Source of the DNA: Rhynchopus sp. YZ270_cl-10
Taxonomy: Eukaryota
DNA length: 64,000 nt
Direction of reading: 5' to 3'
Assembly: GCA_964035575.1 (NCBI GenBank)
Contig: OZ037841.1
Location: 1,178,001-1,242,000 of the forward strand
The notes below the pieces were generated by a model that was not told the origin of the DNA, did no database searches, and saw nothing but the letters and a program-made list of their open reading frames with translations. This document shows positions 1 through 12,030 of the stretch, piece by piece (positions within the stretch are counted from its first letter, which is position 1; every line of letters begins with the position of its first letter). The translations under genes were made by a program, and so were the position numbers.

Positions 1-1604
1 CCTCGCTCCTGCTCATCAGCTTCGCCATCTCCTACTATATGTACCGCAAGCTCGACTACAAACGAATGAAGCACCGCGGCTTCAACACCGTCCTCCCCAC
101 CGAAGAGGAAATGGTCCTTGAGGCTGAGTACTCCAAAAAGGGTACCAGAGTGATTCACACCGGGTTGAATAAGGAGGATGTGACGTATTTAGCGGCAAGG
201 GGAAGGTTCGGGTGGATTTTGATTCCCGCAACCTTTTTATTTGCAGGGGCTGCGCTGTGCAGTGTGTCTGCGTTGATGTATTCTACACCGTTTTATAAAT
301 TTATTGCGGCGTGCGATATTGTTGTCTTCATTTGTGGGCTTCTTGCGTATGCGACGATGGTGGCTCGCGATACTAAAAAACACTCAATTGTTGAAAATTT
401 CGACGACCCAACTCGCCCTTGGTACTACAAAATGCTCTGGGGCTGGGCAGAGTGGCGCACCAACCGCGGCCGTGGCCACGGCGCTTGGGTAGAACTGAAC
501 CACCTTCTCTATGACGGCTACATACACTCTTGCAGGTACTTCCTCACATACGAGCTTCTCATTACCTTTGGCATTGGCGCGGTGGGGGCGTGGTCGCCGC
601 AAACCTTCGAAGCCTGTTGGATCAAAAGCAGCCTCACCATTGCGCTGTTGGTGGTCTTCCTGCTCTCCCTGCTTCTCCTCCGGCCGTACCTCGCGCCTTA
701 TGAAAACGTTCTCGAAACCGCCATAGCCGCAGCCGAAGTAGCCATCGCCTCCCTCCTCCTCGTCGCCATGGGGCAGGACAACCCAAACGGCCACTGGTCT
801 GCAGGGGTTGCCTACCAGGTTACCTTTGCTACGGTGTGGTTGGTAACTGGAAAGGCGATGATGGATATGACAGTCTTCCTCATCGACGAACACGGCCTAT
901 GGAAGGAAACCCAGGCAGAACTGGAGCCCAAAAAACGGCGGATTTTTGTTGCCCATTTGCTGTGCTGTGGGAACAACATCCCTGGGGAAGGGATGAACGA
1001 CTATGTTGTGCGCTACGAAGACAGCACTGAGAACGTCTCCAACAAATCTGACGATGCCAGCGTCTACAGCCTCTACAATGATGAGAGAGACGGCGAATCC
1101 CCTGAAGAGGTCCTTGGGTTGACCACCACCGAGTTGCCACGACCCCCAAGACGGAGGCACAGTCGGCAGATGAGTTGCTCTTCTTTTACTCAAGAGTTGG
1201 ATGAAAAGAAGTTGCCGTTGTCGCCAGAAAACGGTTCAAATTTGAGTATGTACGCCGCTCCGTTGCCTCCAGCCCGTGCAGGCACCTTAGGATCAAGCGA
1301 TTTGGAGAAAACACTGGAGAAGACTTTGAATGACAGTGCAAAGAAATTGAATCATCAGCAAAGTGCGTTCGGGCGTGGTCGGATGGGGGGTGGGAGGCGT
1401 ATGTCGCAATTCAGCGCAGCCAGCTCGCATGGTGGGTCAAATCAACATAAAGTACCCCTCGGGGTGACCACCTCTTCTGGGTACGATATGAGCGATATTC
1501 GCAGTGGCACCGCAGCCCCCTCACCTCCATCACGGCAACGACGCTTCTCCACAGCAAGCGTCGAAATGCTTGACCTAGGGAGCGACGAGCATATGGCGGT
1601 GTAA
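1..1604 (+). CDS. 5'-truncated multi-pass (~7-TM) membrane protein; C-terminal part of a paralogue of the 13718-26471 gene
   Basis: The frame is open from position 3 (SLLLISFAISYYMYR..). It shares long near-identical motifs with ORF 24573-26471: ARGRFGWxLIPATFLF, GHGAWVELNHLLYDGY, RYFLTYELL, RPYLAPYEN, MDMTVFxIDExGLWKE, AHLLCCGNNIP. It has several hydrophobic segments and a low-complexity S/P-rich tail. Confidence 0.9.
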   Translation, partial: SLLLISFAISYYMYRKLDYKRMKHRGFNTVLPTEEEMVLEAEYSKKGTRVIHTGLNKEDVTYLAARGRFGWILIPATFLFAGAALCSVSALMYSTPFYKFIAACDIVVFICGLLAYATMVARDTKKHSIVENFDDPTRPWYYKMLWGWAEWRTNRGRGHGAWVELNHLLYDGYIHSCRYFLTYELLITFGIGAVGAWSPQTFEACWIKSSLTIALLVVFLLSLLLLRPYLAPYENVLETAIAAAEVAIASLLLVAMGQDNPNGHWSAGVAYQVTFATVWLVTGKAMMDMTVFLIDEHGLWKETQAELEPKKRRIFVAHLLCCGNNIPGEGMNDYVVRYEDSTENVSNKSDDASVYSLYNDERDGESPEEVLGLTTTELPRPPRRRHSRQMSCSSFTQELDEKKLPLSPENGSNLSMYAAPLPPARAGTLGSSDLEKTLEKTLNDSAKKLNHQQSAFGRGRMGGGRRMSQFSAASSHGGSNQHKVPLGVTTSSGYDMSDIRSGTAAPSPPSRQRRFSTASVEMLDLGSDEHMAV

Positions 1605-1963
1605 TAGAGGATTTTTTTATGGAATGCGGTTTTTACTCGTCCCTTCTCTGCAAAAATAGCAACTCTCATTGAAAACTGGCAACACCTTTTGTTGTCTATA
1701 CCATTAAAAAGTTTTAGAATGCGGTACCCTGAAGCATTGGTGGGTAGGGGTGTGTGTATGGATGTGATTGTTTTAGATGTGGGATACACAGTGCATGATG
1801 TTCATTTTCAACTTTCTTTTTTTTTTTGTGCGATCTATTTTGCCAGTACATTTTTCTTCTTTGAAAAGAGGAAAATAAAAAATGGTTTTTTTTTTTGTTA
1901 ATTTCTGTCGGGGTTTTCTCAGTTGGGGAGGGGGGGTTTTTTTTTTAGGGGAGGGTTAACTGC

Positions 1964-2774
1964 CAGGGCACTAGCTAGACTTTTTTTTTTCCGTTTTTTT
2001 GCGGTTTTGCGGTTTCAAAAAAAAAATTCGCGTGGCGACGAACAAAGGGAAAACACACGAATGAGGGACGGGGAGATTTTGGGAAGGGGTCATTTACAGG
2101 GCATTTTTTACGGGGCTAAACCCGACTGACCCGTGGTGTAATCTCCTGCCAACTTCATTGCATGTATCAGAATGCTTCTGTGCGTGAGCATGTGTTGTCG
2201 CATGGTCTGCACAGCTTCCGACGTTCGCACATACTCCCCCCAGTCTCCTGTTTGCTGTCAACCATTCTATCACATACTCCTCCATGTCCGCGGTGGCACG
2301 CCGGCTCACTAAGCTCTGACTTAATCTCCCTGACCCACAACCTGAATCGATTGCATTTTCGGTTGCAAAATGCAACTGTCCAAATTGCAAGGGGATTCCC
2401 GAAGATATTGTAAAATAATAAATGGCGCCGCAGGCAAAAAAAATTAGGGTACGGTGTAAAGATGCCGGTTTTACCAGAGTCACTCAACAAACCCCTTTTT
2501 TGCGAAGCAAAAAAGGAAATGGCGCCGCAGGCAAAAAAAAATATGGGTTAACTCCGCGAGCGAAGCGAGCGGAAATTTTTTTGGGGTGTACTTCCGTGAG
2601 CGCAGCGAGCAGAAAAAAATTAAGGTTCTATCATGCCAGTCATCTGGGGGTCGGGCGAGGGGGCCGAACAGTGCCCAAAACCCCCCCACATTTTTTTTTC
2701 TTCTGCCCCGAGATTTTCCGTTTTTTTTTTTTTTTTTCCGCCAAACCGCAAAAAAGCACCTAGCTAGTGCCCTG
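1964..2774. mobile_element. Non-autonomous hAT-like DNA transposon (811 bp)
   Basis: 15-bp TIRs CAGGGCACTAGCTAG / CTAGCTAGTGCCCTG, flanked by an exact 8-bp TSD TTAACTGC (1956-1963, 2775-2782). CAGGG ends with an 8-bp TSD are typical of hAT. No credible transposase ORF. Confidence 0.85.
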
Positions 2775-3842
2775 TTAACTGCACACAGGGGTACCATGGG
2801 GTACCATGGGGTACCATGTTGTGTACACAAGAAAAAAAGCAAAGCAGACCCTAATTTAGTCAACTTCAAAATCCACACTGTAACACCTTCCTCTCTTCTC
2901 TCTCCCTCTCTGTGCTACGAGCAAAAATGCACCCAAAAAAAAAAAAAAAAAAAAAAAAACACACATCTAGCGACTGTCTGAATGGCATCCACACTAAACG
3001 GTGGGCTGCACTTTCAATTTCTTTCACTTTTCAAATTTACTTTTTTTCTGTTCAATACGAACAGCCTTTAAAGGACTCCAAACCCTGCAGAAGAAACCAA
3101 AAGTAAAATAGAATACAAACTGTATTTTAAGCTTTTGACCCTCTCCCCCCGCTCCCCCTCTCTCGGGATGACTAAGTACATCAAGCTTACTCATCATTAT
3201 TTTTGTGAGACCTTTTGTGCCTGCATCCGCTGAGGTACGGACACTAACAACTTCACCCCCTATTTTTTTTTCAAAAAGACGTTGTCAGGCGCACACTGTC
3301 AAATAACGTTCAACCCGCCAATCGAAAAGAAAAGAATGATAGTGGAATTCATCCTCAGGTGTCTACACTACAACCAAATTTTCAAAAGAAAAAGAAAAAA
3401 GTTACGGCCACACAGAGAGACTTAGTATTGTCTGTTACAAACTCCTCTTTTTTGTGCCCGCGTCAGTCAATTATATTCTCTTCTTCAGATAGACCCTCGT
3501 AGAGAGGCATTTCCATCTGTCAAATTTTCTCTCTTTTTTTATGTCCCCTACTCAGGGTTGTTAGCTAATTTCTATAAAAAAAACGACCCCCCTTTTTTTT
3601 TCTTCAGGGGAGAAAAATTTCACCAGGAATTTCCTCCCCTCCCCGGGGGGGGAAAAAAAGTTTGAAAAATTAGTTATCACCCCCTAAATCAGCTTCTCAC
3701 TTCTGTTCTGATGTATTTATTTCATTTCTTTTGTTATTTTTTGTTTTCTGTACTTCATTGGTATACACATCACACACCCCACACGACCGTCCCCCCCGGT
3801 TCTTTCCTTGTGGCGCATCTGCCTGGGTCCTCTCCCACTCAG

Positions 3843-5705
<1,863 letters not shown>

Positions 5706-8700
5706 CGGAGCGAGAAGCGTGACCCCGAGTCGCTCGCAGCCCACAACTACGAGCAACTTCCTCGCGAGTGCATAGAAACACGCCCTGGTCCCCGCCACTT
5801 CCCAAACCAAGCCTCCTCATCATCATCATCATCATCCGTGGCATCCTTTTCTCCTCGCCCCTTTTTCCCTACGTCACTCTCAGACACATCTTCTTCCTCT
5901 GCTTCCTCCTCTTCTTCTTCTTCCTCTTCTTCCTCCTCCTCTTCAACGGATAGATCCTCCTCACGTACGTGCTGCTCCGATGCTGAGAACACGCTCACGA
6001 TAACCACCCTCAACTGCACATCCCTGCAGAACTACGCACACATCATACACGACCTGCAGTGCGATATAATTTGTCTGCAAGAGACAAAATTGACCGAGTC
6101 CAAGATCTTTGAGATGAACGACTTCTTCACCACAGTTTGGTCCCCAGAGTGGGGCCCCCCCATGGATGGCGCACTCGTCCATGGCATCCGCAGTCCACAC
6201 ATTGGGGAACGTGGGGGAGTTGCCACCATGCTGAAGAGACCGGGCATCATGTTCCTGGACACCGAATTGACGTCTTCTCTGAAGCCCTCGCTGAGGAAAC
6301 GCGTGGTGCACACACGCGTGGCGCTTGGTTCCGGCCGTCTGTTCCTGCATGTGGTGAATGTGTACGCCCCGTCAGGTGACACGCCAAGAGGTACAGTTGC
6401 TTCCCGCGAAGAACTCCTCCACACAGTGCTTGTGAAGTTTCGAGAAGCCCTGGGTAACGTTCCGTTGATTGTGTGCGGCGACCTCAACACCGATGTGGAA
6501 AGATCACCAACATTGCGGAAAGCACTCGCCAATGACTGGTGCGATGTCGCGCTCCTGGGAAGCACTGGGGATGACGGCAAGCCCCCTGCCACGTTCACTC
6601 GCAAAGACTCAGCGGGAACCCGTATCGACTACATCCTGCTGAATAGCGTCGCTGCACACGCCATTCATAGCTGTTGGACACAGAGCATCAACTGCATCCC
6701 CAGCCACAAGTCCGTCAACGTGCGGCTCTGCCTCTCTGTGTTTACAGAGTCGACACTCCGATACATTATTCCCAAGCAGATGCCGGAGCTTGGACTTGTG
6801 GCGAATGCTGAGACAGTCGGCAGGAATCTCCTACAACAACACAACTGTGCCGCAGCACTTGCGTCCGGTGACATTGACGATGCGTGGGAAGCGATCGCAT
6901 TGGCTGGGGAAGAGTTTCTCCTGCTCGCGGCAAAGGCAGCTGGTGACACGCTTTCGAAAGGGTTCTGTGGCCGCTCCAAGATCCCCCATCCGGTGTTGAA
7001 ACCTGTGTGTGCACCTACACGACCGGCGTCTGTTGGTGGGTCTTCCCCCCGACAGGACCAACTTGCCAAATTCGAGTACAAGCTCACGGATCTCATCGCA
7101 AAGACTGAATCTTGTCCTGGTGGGGTGATGGAGAATCCTGTGCGCAATGCCTGGGGTAAAGTGTTCCGTACCGCAATTACGCTCAAGTTGATGAGGTCCG
7201 AGGAGACGACAATCCCTCTCTCGCTCGAAAGGCAAATACAGATCCTTAACTCTCTGCTGGAAAAATCCAAGATGCTTATGAACCTTGAGATACGCAATAC
7301 CCGTCTACAGCGCGAGAAGCAGTACACCACCAAGCTGAAGGTGGATTTCAGCAGCGAACGACGAAAACTCACGGCGTGGTGCATGGGTAAACAGGGTGTT
7401 CCTATTTCCGCCCTTCGGGGGGAAGATGGTGTGCTTACGGCCAACCACAGGGAGATGGACAAACTCCTGCGTGATGAATGGAAATCGGTGTTCAACCTAT
7501 ACGACCACGACCATCCCGAGCCAACTCTCGCCTCTTTCGAACAACGTTTCGGCAGCTTCGTCGCGCACTCCCCGATGTCCCTAGACCCGCTAAGTGGTGC
7601 TGACTTGCGTAGAACGCTTGACAAGAAAGGTAAGCGCACGGACGCCTGCGGAACTGATGGCTGGCGCTCATTGGAGCTTCATGCGATGCCCCTGTGCATA
7701 CTGGACGGTTTTGCCCGAGTGTTCAACGCGATAGAGACGAACGGTGTGTGGCCGCAAGCGCTGTTGACCGCCCTGGTGACGCTCCTTCCCAAAGGCGAGG
7801 ACCAGTCCCCCTTGAAGCTACGTCCTGTGACAGTGACCAGTGCGGTGTACCGGTTGTGGGCCTGCGCACGCCTGCAGGCAGTTCAACAATGGCAGGAACA
7901 ATGGGTACACCCGTCGCAACATGGCTTCCGCCCAAAGCACAGCACGAACGACGTCTTGTATGACGTCTTCACACAGATGGAGGACGCTCTGCTCGGTGGC
8001 GAACCGCTGCACGGTCTGGCACTCGACTTTGCGAAGTGCTTCGACCGCGTACCACAGGGCCTCACCTTGGATCTTGTAGAGAAGATGGGGCTTCACCCCA
8101 GGATCATGACACCTCTGCGAGCAATGTACGCCAAGCTGAGACGGCGGTTCAAGCTGCCCTCCGGCGTAGGAGAGGCGTACTCCGTGACGAATGGGATTCT
8201 GCAGGGGTGCCCCCTCTCTGTGGTGCTCATCAACGCCTTGATGTCGGTCCTGACACACTGCATCACGGCAGAGGTACCTGAGGCGTTTGTACGGTCGTTT
8301 GCTGACGACGCATACCTTTTGTCTCGCCATAGTGAAGCTTCGGTGGGGGCGTGTCTGCTGCGAGTGGAGGACTTCTGCCGCATCACAGGCATGCGCCTCA
8401 ACATGGCGAAGACCTTTGCCTTCTCATCATTGAAGAACCACAAATGCAAGCTGAAGTCTGAGGACAACCATAGGTTCCGGACAACAGAGTCACTCCGCTC
8501 ACTCGGCGTGATGATGTACAGCTCCCTACGGAGCAAGGGGCGATACAACGCTACGGTATACCAATCAGCCGTGAGGGCGCTCTCATGTTTGGGTGCGACA
8601 CCGCTCTCCTTCTCCCAGAAGGTATCTATTGCCACATCTGCCATCCTCCCTTCAGTGTTATACGAGTCCGCATTCAACATGCCCCCTCAGTCAGTGTTGA

Positions 8701-10136
8701 ATGAACTAACGAAGGCAGTGGCGATGTGCTGCTGGGGCCCCACCTACCTTACCCGTTCAGTGGATGCATTGCTCACACTCTGCCTGAAGGCGCACATGGC
8801 ACACCCCCTCTCGAGTGCAATATGCCGGACGTTCAGAACTTACGCTGCCAGTGTGGAACGCAACGACGCCATACGCCAGAGGTGCATGAACATCAGAGAG
8901 AGATACGAGACCCTGGCCGCACGGGGTACACCTATGCATGCAGTTGGTCCAGTGGGGACGGTGCTTGCCGCCTCCCGCAGATGTGGCGTGAGTTGGGACC
9001 CTGAGATGAAGACAGTGACGTCTACGTCTGCAACCGCGAAGACTACCCCCATCATCGAGATAGACAAAGCCAAGAGGGCCCATGAAGTGCGAGTTCTGGC
9101 ACGTACGGCGGTATGGGATGACCTACAGAGTAAACGCCCTACGTACGACGGCATCAACGACGGCATTGACACCCGCGCCACCAATGCCCTGTGGCGCAAT
9201 CTACAATACCACGACCCCCTCAAGGCTTTCCGGATGCGACGTGTTCTGTGTGGTGGAGTCCTCTTCTGCCATCCAGATGGGCTCAAGCGCAGTGGCCTGC
9301 CCGAGGCGGACTTCAGCGATAAATGCCCCTTATGCCTCGTCCAGGTTACATGCCACACACGCCACCTACTGTGGCACTGCAGCATAGTGCACACACCGGC
9401 ATTCACTGCCCTACATGCGTCGGCCATCAGCCTCTACGGCAAGGGGCTTCCCACCTGCTTTGTGCTGCACGGCATTGTGCCCTCCAATGTGAGCAAGGTG
9501 ACGGTGAAGGCGGTACAGTCTCTTCTCCTCGATGCCGTCACCACGATCGACACGACCCTCTCAAGTCCAGCGGATGTGGCCCCGGCTGTGCACCCTTGGA
9601 ATCTCACATTTGCTGCCTCTAAACGGGATACCCCCTTCCGCACATATCTGACCAAGCTACAACCTAGTTTTTCCTCCACCTATAGGGAGGCGTTCACTTT
9701 GAAAGCTTTCCTGTGGTGGGTGATTACGCTCGAGTGGAGCAAAGAACCCCGCGACGTGTCGTGTGTCGAGCTCGCGGTCGACTTCGAATTGCGCACAAGG
9801 GTCTTCCTCGCCAAACAGACCTCTAATATCCGCGAGCGTGGGCGGGCCATACAAAGGCTCATCGTCAAGGCTAACATGCGGGCTTTAACAGCGAAACTCC
9901 GCCGCGCCCCATTCCCTGGTGTGAAGAGGGATCGTGTGCACTCCCTCCGTTCCGTCGGCGCCCCGGCGCTCATCGGATTCAGCAGACGCCCAGTGTTGTG
10001 TGCTAAAACACGTGCTTTTCTTGAATCACTAAATCATGTTGTCCCCCCTTCCCGGTCAGGGTGGGGTAATGATTGTATACCTGCTTACAGCTTCCCTGTA
10101 AACCAAACACAAGCGCAACACTCCGGGGTTCGATAA
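5706..10136 (+). CDS. Retrotransposon ORF2: AP-like endonuclease, reverse transcriptase, CCHC-type zinc knuckle, C-terminal extension
   Basis: APE motifs TLNCTSL, DIICLQETK, VNVYAP, VCGDLN, RIDYIL. RT motifs LLPK..LRPVTV, QHGFRP, ALDFAKCFD, GILQGCPLS, FADD, GMRLNMAKT, LGV. Zinc knuckle CPLC-x8-H-x4-C. The frame is open from 5706, immediately after the ORF1 TGA; the first in-frame ATG (6114) lies inside the APE domain. Confidence 0.95.
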   Translation, partial: RSEKRDPESLAAHNYEQLPRECIETRPGPRHFPNQASSSSSSSSVASFSPRPFFPTSLSDTSSSSASSSSSSSSSSSSSSTDRSSSRTCCSDAENTLTITTLNCTSLQNYAHIIHDLQCDIICLQETKLTESKIFEMNDFFTTVWSPEWGPPMDGALVHGIRSPHIGERGGVATMLKRPGIMFLDTELTSSLKPSLRKRVVHTRVALGSGRLFLHVVNVYAPSGDTPRGTVASREELLHTVLVKFREALGNVPLIVCGDLNTDVERSPTLRKALANDWCDVALLGSTGDDGKPPATFTRKDSAGTRIDYILLNSVAAHAIHSCWTQSINCIPSHKSVNVRLCLSVFTESTLRYIIPKQMPELGLVANAETVGRNLLQQHNCAAALASGDIDDAWEAIALAGEEFLLLAAKAAGDTLSKGFCGRSKIPHPVLKPVCAPTRPASVGGSSPRQDQLAKFEYKLTDLIAKTESCPGGVMENPVRNAWGKVFRTAITLKLMRSEETTIPLSLERQIQILNSLLEKSKMLMNLEIRNTRLQREKQYTTKLKVDFSSERRKLTAWCMGKQGVPISALRGEDGVLTANHREMDKLLRDEWKSVFNLYDHDHPEPTLASFEQRFGSFVAHSPMSLDPLSGADLRRTLDKKGKRTDACGTDGWRSLELHAMPLCILDGFARVFNAIETNGVWPQALLTALVTLLPKGEDQSPLKLRPVTVTSAVYRLWACARLQAVQQWQEQWVHPSQHGFRPKHSTNDVLYDVFTQMEDALLGGEPLHGLALDFAKCFDRVPQGLTLDLVEKMGLHPRIMTPLRAMYAKLRRRFKLPSGVGEAYSVTNGILQGCPLSVVLINALMSVLTHCITAEVPEAFVRSFADDAYLLSRHSEASVGACLLRVEDFCRITGMRLNMAKTFAFSSLKNHKCKLKSEDNHRFRTTESLRSLGVMMYSSLRSKGRYNATVYQSAVRALSCLGATPLSFSQKVSIATSAILPSVLYESAFNMPPQSVLNELTKAVAMCCWGPTYLTRSVDALLTLCLKAHMAHPLSSAICRTFRTYAASVERNDAIRQRCMNIRERYETLAARGTPMHAVGPVGTVLAASRRCGVSWDPEMKTVTSTSATAKTTPIIEIDKAKRAHEVRVLARTAVWDDLQSKRPTYDGINDGIDTRATNALWRNLQYHDPLKAFRMRRVLCGGVLFCHPDGLKRSGLPEADFSDKCPLCLVQVTCHTRHLLWHCSIVHTPAFTALHASAISLYGKGLPTCFVLHGIVPSNVSKVTVKAVQSLLLDAVTTIDTTLSSPADVAPAVHPWNLTFAASKRDTPFRTYLTKLQPSFSSTYREAFTLKAFLWWVITLEWSKEPRDVSCVELAVDFELRTRVFLAKQTSNIRERGRAIQRLIVKANMRALTAKLRRAPFPGVKRDRVHSLRSVGAPALIGFSRRPVLCAKTRAFLESLNHVVPPSRSGWGNDCIPAYSFPVNQTQAQHSGVR

Positions 10137-10467
10137 CCCGCGGAGTGTCAGTGCCTGCGTCCCAGAGGCGTTTGCACTATCAACTTCACTTTTTTTTGGC
10201 CCATGGCGCGAAAATAGGCGTAACTGGAAAGCAATGCACTACGTTTTGGCCAAAAAAGCGCGTTTTTTTTTTTGTCTGTATGGGCAACTACACTATCAGA
10301 GAATATCTGTTTGTTATGTAAGGTGACCAAGGCACCGAGGGGTTGAGCTTCATCATCTTACAAAGGGTTCATTTTTTTTTAAAGTCCCAGCGTCCGCCGA
10401 TGAGCGGTGAGGCGTTTGCTCTTTCAACTTTATTCCTTTTTTTTTTTTTTTCTTATTTTTGGGACAA

Positions 10468-12030
10468 GGGATAAGGACAGTCTGGCCCACTACGTTTGAC
10501 TTTTGGACAGTATGGGCCCAACATGTTTCGATAAAGACAGTTCAGCCCCAAACGTTTGTAAAAAAGACAGTTCAGACCCAAAACGTTTGTAAAAAAGACA
10601 GTTCAGACCCAAAACGTTTGTAAAAAAGACAGTTCAGACCCAAAACGTTTACAAAAAAGACAGTTCAGACCCAAAACGTTTGCAAAAAAGACAGTTCAGA
10701 CCCAGGCAGCGGTAGGGAGGGTTTGTGGTTTCTGGTGGGAGGGGTGTTCGTGGGGGTACCCCCCGCTGAATCTGGCACTGGGGTGCCCAGGCACCCAGAT
10801 ACGCAGGTACATACGTACACGCACCCCAATTGCCAGAGTCGACGCAACAAAAAAGTCCAAAAGACTTTGTTGGTGGCCTTACTCATTTGGATCACAACAA
10901 TTTTGGCCCAGGCATGCTCTTGAAGTATGACAATTTAGTGTGTATGGGGCAGGGTGTTGTTTTGTTCTGAATTCTCTTTGTTATAACATCTATCTAGCAT
11001 CAAAATTGTGGAAAACTTTGCACCCCAAACACCCTCAACAACGCCCGCCAAAAGGCGCCCCTTGTTTCTGGGAGTTGGTTCTCATGTTTGATACACTGCA
11101 CAGCAGGCATTCCTCTGAGTCCAACGCATGTTTGGCCTGTCTGCGGCGTTGTACTTAAGGTGCACGAAGACAGGGTCTGGTGGTAAATTTTGCGTAGTAC
11201 TGCGACGTGGTACTGCGTGGGTCTGGGAATATGGGTACCTGGGTACAGGATATTTGTTGTGGAAGACATCTTCCACCATGCATTGAGGAGGGTAAGACAG
11301 TGGTCGCAGTTTCTACTTGATAGCATTACAGCATTTAACTTCTCCACGGGGGTCTTGGGCCGTTCACTCGGTTATACCTTGACTAGCGGAAGAGGCCTTT
11401 TTGGTCTCTAGAATATCCGGTCTTCCCAAACGGAGGCACACTTTGTGTGTTACTACGACCTGGCAATTTCCAGCAGTAGGTTAAGTAATCTTTCTTGTAA
11501 ATTGTTGGATTATTATCTCCTCAGTGCATGAATGCCCCACGTGATTGGACACTTTTGTGTTTGTCATGTGGAGCTGTGGTTGCTCTTTCACGACTTTTTT
11601 CCTTGTACACCAGTGTACCGTGTACCTGGGTACCTGGTCACCTGGTCGCCTGGGTACGTACCGGTAAATGTGACCAAATAACAGGTGGTCTGACCAGGTA
11701 TACCTGGTCAGACCTCTGACCAGCGCACGGTGATAGCCGTGCCCAAGACCCACTCAGGGGTGGCATTTTTGGGCTCAGATGGGTGCAGCTGCCTGGGTCT
11801 GAACTGTCTTTTTTGCAAACGTTTTGGGTCTGAACTGTCTTTTTTGCAAACGTTTTGGGTCTGAACTGTCTTTTTTACAAACGTTTTGGGTCTGAACTGT
11901 CTTTTTTACAAACGTTTTGGGTCTGAACTGTCTTTTTTACAAACGTTTGGGGCTGAACTGTCTTTATCGAAACATGTTGGGCCCATACTGTCCAAAAGTC
12001 AAACGTAGTGGGCCAGACTGTCCTTATCCC
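10468..12030. mobile_element. Non-autonomous Mutator/MULE-like foldback element (1563 bp) with ~243-bp TIRs containing 31-bp tandem repeats
   Basis: Arms 10468-10710 and 11788-12030 are reverse complements starting GGGATAAGG. Exact 9-bp TSD TTGGGACAA (10459-10467, 12031-12039). Each arm has about 5.5 copies of AAAAAAGACAGTTCAGACCCAAAACGTTTGT. Confidence 0.88.

Noticed and set aside
3700..3842. HDV-like ribozyme or TSD at the LINE 5' end
   Set aside because: I could not assemble the nested double pseudoknot or find a direct repeat matching the 3' flank by eye; left unresolved.
10118..10148. tRNA gene suggested by GGTTCGA (also 31295, 42039, 47027, 60320)
   Set aside because: No cloverleaf, D-arm or anticodon arm; it is a single hairpin in the LINE 3' end.
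10533..10703. 31-bp repeats resembling a CRISPR array
   Set aside because: The repeats are contiguous with no unique spacers, are mirrored in the opposite TIR, have no cas genes nearby, and the context is eukaryotic.
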